Positions 1 through 9,431 are shown, numbered from the stretch's first letter. The stretch is 32,000 bases of DNA from Acaryochloris marina MBIC11017 (GCF_000018105.1 NC_009925.1:2250001-2282000); one strand, 5' to 3'. Notes: generated by a model not told the origin, from the sequence alone. Numbers and translations are program-made.

Positions 1-291
1 ACCACCAGGAATAAATTGAATCATTTGTACCTTGGGATCGGCGAGATCTTGATAGGTCTGAGCCCGAGTTTCCAGAGATTGCAGTTGTCCTAAGGCGAGG
101 CTGCAAGGCATACCATATTTAGCTTTTACTCGGTCGCTGGCAATGGTCAGAGCGGTTTGTGATCGCGCCATAAAGTCACTCAATTCATAGGTACTTCCTG
201 GCTCGAAATAGTCTTTGACGACCAAGGAAGGTGAATAGCAGGTTTCCTGGGTACCGTCGGGCCATTGGATTTGAAAGCGAATTTCTGGCAT
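1..291 (-). CDS. Small protein resembling the MSMEG_0570-family nitrogen-starvation-response protein; 3' end runs off the window
   Basis: Not in the ORF track because no stop lies in the window. The reverse strand from ATG (289-291) reads 97 stop-free codons: MPEIRFQIQWPDGTQETCYSPSLVVKDYFEPGSTYELSDFMARSQTALTIASDRVKAKYGMPCSLALGQLQ... The WPDG..CYSPS..KDYF..AS.RV.AKYG..CS pattern matches my memory of that family. The track ORF 185..454(-) is in another frame. Confidence 0.5.
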   Translation of the reverse strand, partial: MPEIRFQIQWPDGTQETCYSPSLVVKDYFEPGSTYELSDFMARSQTALTIASDRVKAKYGMPCSLALGQLQSLETRAQTYQDLADPKVQMIQFIPGG

Positions 292-457
292 GGGGCAAAG
301 TGCAAAGGGAGATAAGTGAAACAGATTTCCTGACCTTTACTTTAACGGCGCAGGGGGAGTCGCAAGTTGTACTGGTTGATACAAAGTGAGGGGAGTCTTT
401 TTTATTCAATAAAGAAGTGATCCGTTCTCTTGAGCCATTCCAGCCCCAAGCCACACC

Positions 458-1867
458 TTGCTAAATTCTGTTCAGTTACTCTCCGATCTTCAGGATGTCA
501 ATGCGATTGGTCAAAGTATTTCTGGGTGCTTAGAACCAGCAGAAATTGCCCATCGTGTCACTGAAGCGTTGGTCCAGCGTTTTCAATGTGCCTTTGCTCG
601 CATCTGGTTAACGGACACTGATCAGCAAGCTCTGACCTTAGTTGCCTCTTCTGGGCTGTATACCCATACCAATGGTTCTTTTGCCCATGTGCCCATGGGT
701 GCCTATAAGGTGGGCAAGATTGCCCAAAACCGAGTGCCGTTTTTAAGTAATTATTTACCGGATGAACCCTGGGTCAAGGATCGAGACTGGGCAATTGCCA
801 ATCAAATTCAAGGGTTTGCCGGGTATCCGCTAATGGCGGGTGATCGGGTGTTAGGAGTCCTGGCCACCTTTAGTCATACTCCCCTCGCTCCAGAATTCCT
901 GGAAGTTCTGCAAATGCTGTGTCTGACGACAACTATTGCCTTAGATGCCGCACTTCAGTCTCAGAGAACGATACCCAAATCTGTGTCTCAAAGTGGGGCA
1001 ATAGCCCTTTCCGATCAACTGGCAAAGGTGCTCACCTCAACTCAGTTAATGTTGGTGGGCACGGAGCGGGATCTTCCGGCTTCTATGGCCTATGCCCTGC
1101 TGCGCGGGGTGGAGCTGTTAACCCAACTGGATTGCAGCTATTGCCGCTTGACCTATGGTGAACAAGCCGTATTGTTGGATGCAATCGCAATCTTCCCCCC
1201 TAACATCCGTGAAGATCTGTTAGAGCAAACTGCCTCTCCCTTAGCCGAGCTACAGCGGCTGACTCTGTGGCTGGGAGGGACATTGACTACCCAACCGGAC
1301 CCCCAAGATCGCGTGTTTGAGCTGACTTTAACGCTGCCCTATGGGGCTGCAACTGAGCATTTCTCCGTGTCCGTCCACTGTCAACAGTCTGTCTTACAAC
1401 TGGCATTTACCCATCTATGTTTGCAAGCAGGCTTAAATCTGAAAGAAATGACGTCTGCCAAAACAGCAGAATCAAATTGTCAAGAAGTCCTGCTGACAGA
1501 TCGTCTGGATATCCCATCGTCTAAGTCACCTATCATTTGGATTCAGCATTCCCCTCGGGGGCAGATCCCTGCAGCAGCTCAAGCGGTGGTGACACTGGAT
1601 ATTATTCCTCAGCAACTCTATACAGTTGTGGCTCAAGTTTCGCAAGGCCAAGCGGCTTTGCCTGAGCTAATCGCTCCTACGTTATCCGACCGGGAACAGG
1701 AAATTATGCGGTTGTTATCTCAAGGGCTAAGAGATCGCGATATTGCCAACCGATTACATATCAGCGAAAGTACCGTTCGGTTTCACGTCAACAATACTTT
1801 GACCAAGTTAAAGGCCAAAAATCGGTATCAAGCGGTTTATGAGGCTACTAGTCGAGAGTGGATTTAG
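458..1867 (+). CDS. GAF-domain / LuxR-type HTH transcriptional regulator
   Basis: 469-aa ORF with a TTG start. The N-terminus is GAF-like (RIWLTD...GFAGYPLMAGDRVLGVLATFS). The C-terminus carries the LuxR/FixJ HTH signature (LSDREQEIMRLLSQGLRDRDIANRLHISESTVRFHVNNTLTKLKAKNR). Confidence 0.85.
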   Translation: MLNSVQLLSDLQDVNAIGQSISGCLEPAEIAHRVTEALVQRFQCAFARIWLTDTDQQALTLVASSGLYTHTNGSFAHVPMGAYKVGKIAQNRVPFLSNYLPDEPWVKDRDWAIANQIQGFAGYPLMAGDRVLGVLATFSHTPLAPEFLEVLQMLCLTTTIALDAALQSQRTIPKSVSQSGAIALSDQLAKVLTSTQLMLVGTERDLPASMAYALLRGVELLTQLDCSYCRLTYGEQAVLLDAIAIFPPNIREDLLEQTASPLAELQRLTLWLGGTLTTQPDPQDRVFELTLTLPYGAATEHFSVSVHCQQSVLQLAFTHLCLQAGLNLKEMTSAKTAESNCQEVLLTDRLDIPSSKSPIIWIQHSPRGQIPAAAQAVVTLDIIPQQLYTVVAQVSQGQAALPELIAPTLSDREQEIMRLLSQGLRDRDIANRLHISESTVRFHVNNTLTKLKAKNRYQAVYEATSREWI

Positions 1868-2148
1868 GTGCTCAGTCGTGACTTTAGAACGAGACTGGGC
1901 AGACATTCAAAAATAGATATTCAGTGCAAGTATGAGAAGGCGACGCCAGCTCCTGGGACATGATTTATGGATGGTTTCTGGGTTCAATCCCTGGATAAAA
2001 CGCTGCTTTATTGGGCTAAAAGTTATGCGCTATCAACTTAGCTTAAACCACTTATTATGATGTAAATATTTTTGGCTATCTACTTAGTTTCGATCTAAGC
2101 TGCGATGGCCTAATCTTATTTAAATATCGACAATTGAACGTTTTAATA

Positions 2149-2568
2149 ATGGCACCCTGGGTATCCGATCCGCATTCAGGCGGCATAAACATTCCGACTC
2201 GACTGAAAGAGCCGATCAAACAACGCATACTGGCCTATGCAGCAAAGCACTATGCTGGCAAATACAATCGGATTGACGTGCGCTTTCGAGGCAAGTTTTG
2301 CTATATCGATGCCTACCTAGAATCCGAGGTACCAGCAAAAAATTTTAACGAGGAAGTCTATGGCTGCACGTGGGAAGAGCGGATTGAGTTTTTGAGATCG
2401 ATACCAACCCATCTGTGCCGTTTGCGCTACAGCGGCGATGCGGAAAAGTGGGCGATGGCATTTTATACCTACAGTAATGACAAGTATGAGCCTTGTGTGT
2501 TCAATAACGGTACTTTTAAGGGCACTCCAGAAGAGGCTTTTGAAAGCTCAGCCATGTATCTGCAATAG
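2149..2568 (+). CDS. Hypothetical protein
   Basis: ORF 2134..2568. I prefer the ATG at 2149 (MAPWVSDPH...) over the TTG at 2134. Coding-like composition; no family recognised. Confidence 0.5.
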   Translation: MAPWVSDPHSGGINIPTRLKEPIKQRILAYAAKHYAGKYNRIDVRFRGKFCYIDAYLESEVPAKNFNEEVYGCTWEERIEFLRSIPTHLCRLRYSGDAEKWAMAFYTYSNDKYEPCVFNNGTFKGTPEEAFESSAMYLQ

Positions 2569-2628
2569 TGGAAATTTCGGGGTATCAAGATCTGTTCTAT
2601 TGAATTCTCGGAATAAAGGAATGAGCCG

Positions 2629-3465
2629 ATGAGTGTAAACGGTGCGAATAGCAACGTGAGTGAAAAGCTGCTCGCGGCACTAACCCATGCTGAGCTTCAA
2701 TCCTTGCTAGATGCGTTGTGGGAAACCGTTCCCTTGGAACAAAGGGAAAGGGCGATTGCTCAACTCTCTGCAGATACTCAAGCCACCATTCGGCAGCTAC
2801 TCGAACCGCCCCCGCCAGATCAAGCCGAGGCAACAGGTTCTGAACAAACGCTCCCTGTTTCTTTGGCAAAACTATTGCAAACTTGGTCTGGGTTATGGCG
2901 AGAATGGGTTGACCTGGTTGATGTTGCTGCAGAAGAAGACGGGCAATATATTGAGCAGGAGGCACGCTGGGAGCCGCCTTATTTTGATGACACCACCTTT
3001 GCAGAAGACTTGGATGCGGTGGCTAAGAAAATGCGATCGCACTTGCCCGCAGCTTTTGATCATGGGCTCAATCCTCAACGGGGTTTTGCCACCGATCTGA
3101 TAGAAGCAGAGACAGACATCAGAGCAGGCATTCCCGAATGGATAGAAATTGTGGATGGTATTTGCTTAGGCACGCATGTGACCCATTGCTTGCTGGCCTG
3201 GGAATGGCTAACGATAAAGGCACAAGCACAAGATGCCTTTGCGTTCGCTCAGCAAGTCAGAGAAATAGAAACGGGGTTTTCTGACATGGCTCTAGATGAA
3301 GATGAGTTGATCAGGTTCTTGTGGGAGCTACCTCAAGCAGATCAAGCTTGTATCGTGGAGGGTTTGACAGCGAATAAGGACAAACGTTTGTGGCATCAGG
3401 TCTTGGAGAAGACCTACTCCCCTTGGCATTTATACTACCTGCAAAAGCTCAACGAGTTCTCCTGA
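2629..3465 (+). CDS. Hypothetical protein (278 aa, acidic)
   Basis: Long ATG-initiated ORF. The overlapping alternative-frame and antisense ORFs are shorter. No family recognised. Confidence 0.6.
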   Translation: MSVNGANSNVSEKLLAALTHAELQSLLDALWETVPLEQRERAIAQLSADTQATIRQLLEPPPPDQAEATGSEQTLPVSLAKLLQTWSGLWREWVDLVDVAAEEDGQYIEQEARWEPPYFDDTTFAEDLDAVAKKMRSHLPAAFDHGLNPQRGFATDLIEAETDIRAGIPEWIEIVDGICLGTHVTHCLLAWEWLTIKAQAQDAFAFAQQVREIETGFSDMALDEDELIRFLWELPQADQACIVEGLTANKDKRLWHQVLEKTYSPWHLYYLQKLNEFS

Positions 3466-3647
3466 TTCTTGAAAACTTGTAGAACGTCAAACTTGCGAGT
3501 AATTGCCCCAAATTGTCCCGCTGTTACCCTTCAATACAATTGCTCTTCAAAATTCCTTGGGTTTAAGTCAGGAAAGTGTTCGCAGGCATATCTCATGAGA
3601 CTGCCAAGTCAATCCCATTATTTGGGTTTCGGTCTTAAATCGCGACC

Positions 3648-4310
3648 CTAAGCCGGTGGCTCAGCATGATGTTTGATCCAGCTTTTGAGTTCTCTTAGGG
3701 CCTGGGCCTCACCGGCCGTTTTGCCCTGTTGCAAAAAGTGATAGAAAACCTCTTTCGGTACCCACGGGAAGGTGGGACTAGCATCAACCTCTCGGTACTG
3801 ATCCTGCTCAAGCTGGTAGATGGTCAATACTGAGCCGTTAAATCGCCAAAACTCGGGTACACCAAAACTGGCGTAGAGATTATTTTTATCGATATCTGCA
3901 TGGGTAATATCGACTTCTACTACTAAGTCAGGGGGCGGATCTTTTTCTAAATCAACAGTTCTACCTCGCACGAGGGGTTCATTTTGGATGTAATAGCATT
4001 TGTCTGGTTCGGCTCCTTTCTGTAAGGATTGGCGGCGGAGGGTGGTTGAAGCCATGCTTTTAATATTGAGACCGCTGTCAATCACTAGTGCTTTGATAAA
4101 GTCGCCAATCACATCACTGGGATTTTCATGGGCTTCTAAAGGAACCATAAATTCTAGTAGACCTAGGTCATAGTGCAACCGCGCAGCTCGATGTTCGCCA
4201 AAGGCATTCAGTAATTGTTCATAGGTGTCCCAAGACACATTCATCAAGATGAGGCGCTGCTCAGCAGGCTTTGTGTCGATCGTTTCAGTTACAGGTAGCT
4301 GAGTTTGCAT
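3648..4310 (-). CDS. Uma2-family (DUF820) restriction-endonuclease-like protein
   Basis: 220 aa. Typical Uma2 layout: SWDTYEQLL..., RLHYDLGLLEFMVP, EPDKCYY, PPDLVVEVDITH, ...YASFGVPEFWRF. The family is very abundant in cyanobacteria. Confidence 0.85.
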   Translation of the reverse strand: MQTQLPVTETIDTKPAEQRLILMNVSWDTYEQLLNAFGEHRAARLHYDLGLLEFMVPLEAHENPSDVIGDFIKALVIDSGLNIKSMASTTLRRQSLQKGAEPDKCYYIQNEPLVRGRTVDLEKDPPPDLVVEVDITHADIDKNNLYASFGVPEFWRFNGSVLTIYQLEQDQYREVDASPTFPWVPKEVFYHFLQQGKTAGEAQALRELKSWIKHHAEPPA

Positions 4311-4368
4311 GATCTCTAGACTCCTGAGTCTTCACCTCCTCCAGCATAAGCGGTGAAATTTATGTTGC

Positions 4369-4398
4369 AAAAAAAATCACTCATCTATAAGAGATGAG
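4369..4398 (-). terminator. Rho-independent terminator, minus strand
   Basis: Plus strand has A8 (4369-4376), then a 7-bp stem CTCATCT/AGATGAG (4380-4386 / 4392-4398) with a 5-nt loop. On the minus strand this is a hairpin followed by T8. Confidence 0.5.
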
Positions 4399-4436
4399 CG
4401 AGAGGAGAGTTTTGATACCCAATGAGAGAGAAGAAA

Positions 4437-4643
4437 TTATGAACAAGCTTCAGGTGCTGAATATGGCATTGTGTTTGGGCGATTAAAAATGAGATCAAAG
4501 TCTATGCTTTTCATTGTCTGAACAGGTGTGGAGCCCGTTTGTTGAGTGTAAGCAACCATTTGCTCCACTGGAGAATATGCTTCAGTTCTAAGGGCAGAAC
4601 CGAGTACTTTGCCTGCGATCGCAAATGAAATAAGGACAAGCAT
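4437..4643 (-). CDS. Possible small membrane/secreted protein (68 aa)
   Basis: ORF with a hydrophobic N-terminus (MLVLISFAIAGKVLGSAL). It ends ~40 nt upstream of the minus-strand terminator at 4369-4398. No homology recognised; it may instead be a non-coding transcript. Confidence 0.25.
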   Translation of the reverse strand: MLVLISFAIAGKVLGSALRTEAYSPVEQMVAYTQQTGSTPVQTMKSIDFDLIFNRPNTMPYSAPEACS

Positions 4644-4805
4644 GGGACAACTCTCAACTCACTGGGGATGTCGGTTAACAACAAGGCAACAAATGTATCT
4701 TTATGTAAATCAAGATAACATTTATGTAAATAAAGCGCAACATATATTGACATATTATTTTTTTCTTGCTAACCAGTTTTACCTGCGCGCCACAAAAAGA
4801 AAGAG

Positions 4806-4832
4806 TTGACATCTACCTACTAGATGGTAGAT
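4806..4832 (+). promoter_or_regulatory. Putative tetR promoter (-35 TTGACA) overlapping a 22-bp near-palindromic operator
   Basis: TTGACA at 4806-4811. ATCTACCTACTAGATGGTAGAT at 4811-4832 is palindromic at 9 of 11 pairs. It shares ATCTACCTACTAG with the second site at 5428-5446. Confidence 0.45.
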
Positions 4833-5411
4833 ATTCAAAATATGGAAAAAAACACTGCCACTCAAATCCTGGATGTTGCTCAAGAGATGGTGCGAAACCG
4901 AGGCTATAGTGCCTTTAGTTACGCCGATATCTCCAAGCAAGTCGGGATTCGCAAAGCTAGTATTCACTATCACTTTTCTACTAAAGATGAGTTAGTGAAG
5001 GAACTGGTGAAGCGATATCGGGAGGACATGATGCGGGCCTGCGATCGCATCACCCAATCCAACGCCAGTCTTGATCAGCAGATAGTTCAATTTGCCCATC
5101 TTTATCGCAATGGTTTAGAAGACAAACAGATCTGTCTCTGTGCCATGTTGGCTGCAGACTATGCCGTTCTTCCCCAACCGGTTCGCGACGAGATTCAAGT
5201 CTTCTTTCAGGAAACGGAAACCTGGCTCACCAATCTCCTCCAACAGGGATGCGATGCCCAACTTTGGACCTGTCAGCCGGAGCAGGAAGCTAAAGGGTTA
5301 ATTGCCCTGCTCCAAGGTGCTCAGTTACTAGCTCGTTCAGCAACGGACAGCACTACCACCTTCGAGCAAATGGTTTATCCCCTCTTAGCAGCCAAATTTC
5401 CCAGTCGCTAA
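4824..5411 (+). CDS. TetR/AcrR-family transcriptional regulator
   Basis: N-terminal TetR HTH (ILDVAQEMVRNRGYSAFSYADISKQVGIRKASIHYHFSTKDELV). An alternative start at ATG 4842 (MEKNTATQ...) is plausible given the promoter geometry. Confidence 0.85.
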   Translation: MVDIQNMEKNTATQILDVAQEMVRNRGYSAFSYADISKQVGIRKASIHYHFSTKDELVKELVKRYREDMMRACDRITQSNASLDQQIVQFAHLYRNGLEDKQICLCAMLAADYAVLPQPVRDEIQVFFQETETWLTNLLQQGCDAQLWTCQPEQEAKGLIALLQGAQLLARSATDSTTTFEQMVYPLLAAKFPSR

Positions 5412-5430
5412 ATTTTTTTGCTTCACTATC

Positions 5431-5446
5431 TACCTACTAGTAGGTA
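5431..5446. promoter_or_regulatory. Perfect 16-bp palindrome TACCTACTAGTAGGTA, putative TetR operator upstream of the SDR operon
   Basis: Perfect dyad symmetry read directly from the sequence, 39 nt upstream of the SDR start at 5485. Same half-site as the operator at 4811-4832. Confidence 0.45.
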
Positions 5447-5484
5447 TTTGAATTAATTCACCAGTCTATCTATAGGAGTTCGTC

Positions 5485-6267
5485 ATGTCTCAAGCCTTTA
5501 CAGGTCAAAAACTCATCGTTGTTGGTGGCACTAGCGGCATGGGCAAAGCCGTTGCCCGCATAATCCTTGAACAAGGAGGGTCCGCAGTCCTGATTGGTCG
5601 CCAACCCGAAAAACTCCATGCAGCCGTTGAGGAATTAAAGGCCTATGGTCCAGTATCAGGTGAGCAAGCTGATATTGCCAACCCAGAAGAGCGTCAAGCT
5701 CTGATCGCCCGCCTCAATCAGTCCTATGCCGATGCCACCCTATTAGTGAACGCGGCTGGCGTCTTTCTACCCAAACCTTTTCTGGAGTACGAAGAAGCCG
5801 ACTACGATCTCTACTTAGAACTGAACAAAGCCACTTTCTTTATTACCCAAGCCGTCGCCCAGAACATCATTAACCACCATCACAAAGGAGCCATCGTCAA
5901 TGTCGGTTCCATGTGGGCCAAGCAAGCCGTCCAGGCCACTCCATCCTCTGCCTACTCCATGGCTAAGGCCGGACTCCATTCCCTTACCCAGCATCTCGCC
6001 ATGGAACTAGCCGATCATCATATTCGAGTCAATGCCGTCTCCCCCGCAGTCGTTGCCACCCCCATCTATGAAGGCTTTATTCCCAAAGAAGAGGTCCATG
6101 GAACCCTACAAGGCTTTAATAGCTTTCATCCCATAGGTCGCATCGGCACCCCTGAAGATATCGCTGAGACCATTGCCTTCTTACTATCCGACAAAACCAG
6201 CTGGGCGACAGGCGCAATCTGGGATATTGATGGTGGCGTCATGGCCGGTCGAAACCAGTACAGCTAG
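5485..6267 (+). CDS. SDR-family (short-chain dehydrogenase/reductase) oxidoreductase
   Basis: Rossmann motif [11 protein letters not shown]; NAAG; catalytic S...YSMAKAG (YxxxK); C-terminal GAIWDIDGG. Confidence 0.9.
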   Translation: MSQAFTGQKLIVVGGTSGMGKAVARIILEQGGSAVLIGRQPEKLHAAVEELKAYGPVSGEQADIANPEERQALIARLNQSYADATLLVNAAGVFLPKPFLEYEEADYDLYLELNKATFFITQAVAQNIINHHHKGAIVNVGSMWAKQAVQATPSSAYSMAKAGLHSLTQHLAMELADHHIRVNAVSPAVVATPIYEGFIPKEEVHGTLQGFNSFHPIGRIGTPEDIAETIAFLLSDKTSWATGAIWDIDGGVMAGRNQYS

Positions 6268-6300
6268 CGTTGCAGACAGTAAACCGAAGAGATAGACACT

Positions 6301-6981
6301 ATGAAAATTCACGCAGATCTAACTGAACGGGCGGTGGTTCATAGCGACGACCTACCCTGGGTGGAGTCTCCCATGCCAGGGGTTCACCGCCGCATGTTGG
6401 AACGGGATGGCAAAGAAGTCGCTCGGGCAACCTCCATCGTTCGCTATGCTCCTGGTAGTGCCTTCTCTGCACACACCCACGGGGGTGGCGAAGAATATAT
6501 TGTTCTGAACGGCGTGTTTTCTGACGAGCATGGCGATTTTGGTCCAGGCACTTATGTCCGTAATCCGGTTGGGTCCAGCCACACCCCCTATAGCCAAGAA
6601 GGGGCCACCATTTTGGTCAAGCTCTGGCAAATGGACCCAGCCGATCAGCAGCCGGTGGTGATTGATACGACTCAGGCAGAGTGGGTGCCGGGGTTAGTAC
6701 CGGGGTTACAGGTGCTACCGCTGCATAATTACGGTACAGAACAGGTGGCCTTCGTGAAGTGGGCACCGGGGACAAAATTCCAAACCCACCAACACTGGGG
6801 CGGCGAAGAGATCTTTGTCCTAGAAGGCACCTTTGCCGATGACCAGGGCGTTTATCCTCAGGGGACTTGGCTACGCAATCCCCCCGGCAGCATCCATACC
6901 CCCTTTAGTGATGAAGGCTGTCTAATTTACGTGAAAACGGGACATTTAGAGAACATCTACCACCCAGGAGAATCCTCATGA
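6301..6981 (+). CDS. Bicupin protein (ChrR-like cupin domains)
   Basis: Two internally repeated cupin modules: SAHTHGGGEEYIVLNGVFSDEHGDFGPGTYVRNPVGSSHTP and QTHQHWGGEEIFVLEGTFADDQGVYPQGTWLRNPPGSIHTP. Confidence 0.75.
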   Translation: MKIHADLTERAVVHSDDLPWVESPMPGVHRRMLERDGKEVARATSIVRYAPGSAFSAHTHGGGEEYIVLNGVFSDEHGDFGPGTYVRNPVGSSHTPYSQEGATILVKLWQMDPADQQPVVIDTTQAEWVPGLVPGLQVLPLHNYGTEQVAFVKWAPGTKFQTHQHWGGEEIFVLEGTFADDQGVYPQGTWLRNPPGSIHTPFSDEGCLIYVKTGHLENIYHPGESS

Positions 6982-7364
6982 TTTCGGTTCAAGTTGCCTC
7001 CAATCATTCCCGGTATGGCCAAGATATTTCTATTCGCCATCTAAACCTGGCTGCGGATGAACCGCCTTCCCTAGGGGGGGATGATGTGGGTCCTACCCCA
7101 ACGGAATTGGTTTTGGCAGGCTTAGGTTCTTGCAAGGCAATCACCCTACAAATGTATGCCGAGCGCAAAGGATGGAAGCTAGAGTCCGTGGCGGTGGAGT
7201 TGAGCTACGACTCTGCTGTTCAACAACCCACCATCCAGGCCAAGCTCAGCCTCAGAGGTGACCTAGATGAGAAGCAACGGCAACGGCTCCGAGACATCAG
7301 CGATCGCTGCCCCGTGCATAAACTCCTGACTACTCCGGTCGCTATCCAAACGCAACTCACTTAA
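6978..7364 (+). CDS. OsmC-family peroxiredoxin-like protein
   Basis: 128 aa. OsmC-like pattern (GPTPTELVLAGLGSCKAITLQMYA...DISDRCPVHKLL, two conserved Cys). ATGA overlap with the upstream cupin gene indicates an operon. Confidence 0.8.
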   Translation: MISVQVASNHSRYGQDISIRHLNLAADEPPSLGGDDVGPTPTELVLAGLGSCKAITLQMYAERKGWKLESVAVELSYDSAVQQPTIQAKLSLRGDLDEKQRQRLRDISDRCPVHKLLTTPVAIQTQLT

Positions 7365-7408
7365 CGCCCTAATCGTTTTAGACGTTTCATCAACAGAAGG
7401 AGACTGTA

Positions 7409-7669
7409 ATGGATGCCTGTCGACTCGTGGCCTGTAGTTTTCATGATGAATTAGAAGCCTGGGCCACGCTCCGTCAAGATTGCCAGATCATCTATCGAGA
7501 TGAGAAAGGCCAAAACCAAACTGTAAACAGCAAAATCATTGATGTCTACGCAGCCAATCAAGCTGACTTTATCAAGCTCCAAGATGGAAGCATTATCCGT
7601 CTGGATTACTTAATTTCAGTGAATGATAAACCGATTCAATTTGCCAATTCGCCCTTCTCTTGCTCGTAA
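7409..7669 (+). CDS. Small protein, possibly Rof-like (Rho-binding antiterminator family)
   Basis: 86 aa. The N-terminal C..V.C.FHDELE.WA pattern and overall size resemble Rof as I recall it. Weak call. Confidence 0.4.
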   Translation: MDACRLVACSFHDELEAWATLRQDCQIIYRDEKGQNQTVNSKIIDVYAANQADFIKLQDGSIIRLDYLISVNDKPIQFANSPFSCS

Positions 7670-7740
7670 GGGCTGGCTAGTTCTGGCATCGTTCATATCT
7701 TTGAATCCAATACTGAGAAATCATTTAGGAGACTATCATC

Positions 7741-8061
7741 ATGGCTAATGTCGAAATTTACACTTGGAGTACTTGTCCTTTTTGTCGCCGCGCTAAGCAT
7801 CTGCTCGACCAAAAGGGGGTGACCTATACAGAATATGTGCTGGATGGTGATGAAACTGCCCGAGATGCCATGGTCGCCCGAGGCACCCAGGGGCGTCGTT
7901 CGGTACCTCAGATTTTTATTAATGACCAACATATTGGCGGGAGTGATGCCCTATATGACCTCGAACAGCAGGGCAAGCTAGATGGCTTACTCAACTCATC
8001 ATTAGCTGGCGCAACCCCACTCAAGCCCTATCAGCGAGGCCGAAATATTTCTGGCACTTGA
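7741..8061 (+). CDS. grxC: Glutaredoxin (Grx3-type, CPFC active site)
   Basis: VEIYTWSTCPFCRRAKHLLDQKGV...RRSVPQIFINDQHIGGSDALYDLEQQGKLDGLL is a classical dithiol glutaredoxin. Its 3' end overlaps the convergent gene by 31 nt. Confidence 0.9.
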   Translation: MANVEIYTWSTCPFCRRAKHLLDQKGVTYTEYVLDGDETARDAMVARGTQGRRSVPQIFINDQHIGGSDALYDLEQQGKLDGLLNSSLAGATPLKPYQRGRNISGT

Positions 8062-8666
8062 TGAGATGCAGGAGACTGGGAGAGATAATCGGCTATCGAC
8101 GAGAAGGAAAATGCAACGCCTAGGATTAAGATAATTCCTCGTATGATATTGAGCATCAAATAACGCTCCTGTTGTGGCGTGAGTCGCCGTCTCAAAATGA
8201 TGCGGAATAGATCATTTCGAGTACGCTCTACTTCTACCCAGAAGGAGATCCAGAAAATGACGAGGATGATGAGCGGTAACACCAATCGATCTTGAGCCGA
8301 ACCATAATCCATATCCCCAGAAGACAAAAGCAACAGGTGGAAGCCATACCAAAACACAGACCAAAACCCGAAAAAGATCAGCACTGAAGGATGGGGGGTG
8401 AGGGTGAGATGAATAACGGTCCCCCCTGCAAATGTTTCAAACCGTCCTTTAATGTAAGGTTCGCTGGCATTTGGACGACCCATGGGAATGCGGCTCATCT
8501 TACAACCAGACTGTGTCACTGATCCTTCATAGGGCGCATGGTTAAGGTCATAGGTTGAGCGAAATGTTTTGGGAGACTCTATTTGGGCTTCCAATCTCTC
8601 CATCACTGTTTGCAAAGGGGCAGAAGTTTGAATCACAAAGTGATCGCGCGGTACAAGGTGAACCAT
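8031..8666 (-). CDS. Membrane protein, paralog A of a tandem pair
   Basis: 211 aa with a soluble N-terminal domain followed by TM segments. Clearly paralogous to 8940..9431 (MVHLVPRDHFVIQT.../NHAPYEGSV/IKGRFET.AGGTV.H/FW.SFWVEVER.R.DL). Confidence 0.7.
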   Translation of the reverse strand: MVHLVPRDHFVIQTSAPLQTVMERLEAQIESPKTFRSTYDLNHAPYEGSVTQSGCKMSRIPMGRPNASEPYIKGRFETFAGGTVIHLTLTPHPSVLIFFGFWSVFWYGFHLLLLSSGDMDYGSAQDRLVLPLIILVIFWISFWVEVERTRNDLFRIILRRRLTPQQERYLMLNIIRGIILILGVAFSFSSIADYLSQSPASHQVPEIFRPR

Positions 8667-8939
8667 AGTTGATCACTCACTTTAAAGATTTTGAAACGAC
8701 AAATGAATGCCAGAGATACTGAGCAGATGCGATTTCAGATGGCGTGATTGTCCAGCAGTAGGTCTACCAAAACGAGGAGCACCCAAAGAGACTGGCTATC
8801 TATACCTAACGTTTTCAACAGGTGTCATCTGTCTCGATTCCCAGCAGAGATAACTTTTCAACGATTTGAGGCTGGCTGATGTGCAGCTTCTTTTCAATTC
8901 AAAGGTCAATATTGCACGGATAGCGTGCATCAGCGTTGT

Positions 8940-9431
8940 TTAATGGCGTGTCACATGTCCACCGATGATGTTCAGCAAATCTTTACGACTGCGCTCCACC
9001 TCTACCCAGAAACTCATCCAGAAGATGAATAGCACAAATAAAGGCAATCCCAAGACCAGTAAAGCTTCAGAATTAGCCACCTCCCCTGACAAGCCGATTG
9101 CTAAAGCACCACTGTAAAAAGAGAGAAACCACATCACTAGAAAGCTCATAACAAAAGGGTGAAGCTTCATAGAGATATGCACGACCGTTCCCCCTGCAGG
9201 TGTCTCAAAACGGCCTTTGATTTGGGGAATAAACGAGTTACGTCCCTGGGGAATTCGGTGCATCGTAAAGCCCGATTCTGAAACAGATCCTTCATAAGGG
9301 GCATGGTTGCGTTGATAGGACCATCGAAATGCCTTCGGAGCTTCTACATGAGCGTCCAGGCTTGCTATAACGTTTGGCAATGCAACGGGTGTCCGGATGA
9401 TAAAGCGATCCTGCGGTAAAAGGTGAACCAT
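8940..9431 (-). CDS. Membrane protein, paralog B of a tandem pair
   Basis: The track ORF starts at 9440 (MIIMVHLL). Alignment with paralog A supports a start at MVHLL (9431). It lacks the C-terminal extra TM of paralog A. Confidence 0.7.
   Translation of the reverse strand: MVHLLPQDRFIIRTPVALPNVIASLDAHVEAPKAFRWSYQRNHAPYEGSVSESGFTMHRIPQGRNSFIPQIKGRFETPAGGTVVHISMKLHPFVMSFLVMWFLSFYSGALAIGLSGEVANSEALLVLGLPLFVLFIFWMSFWVEVERSRKDLLNIIGGHVTRH

Noticed and set aside
185-454. Track ORF, 89 aa, minus strand
   Set aside because: A different minus-strand frame starting at ATG 291 gives a stop-free product that looks like a conserved family. The 89-aa ORF looks like a low-complexity read-through of that gene's start and promoter region.
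919-1161. 80-aa ORF in an alternative frame inside the GAF-LuxR gene
   Set aside because: It is fully nested in a 469-aa ORF with clear domain signatures and has no independent support.
2597-2965. 122-aa antisense ORF, plus ORFs 2438..2632, 2469..2654, 2711..3100 and 2893..3078
   Set aside because: They overlap longer same-region ORFs (2149..2568 and 2629..3465) and have no motifs. They are typical shadow ORFs.
3469-3651. 60-aa ORF in the convergent intergenic region
   Set aside because: It is at the minimal length, has no RBS or homology, and lies between two convergent stops.
4511-4973. ORFs 4511..4753(-), 4609..4809(+) and 4779..4973(-)
   Set aside because: They lie in AT-rich promoter DNA or run antisense to the tetR start. 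The translated sequences are low-complexity.
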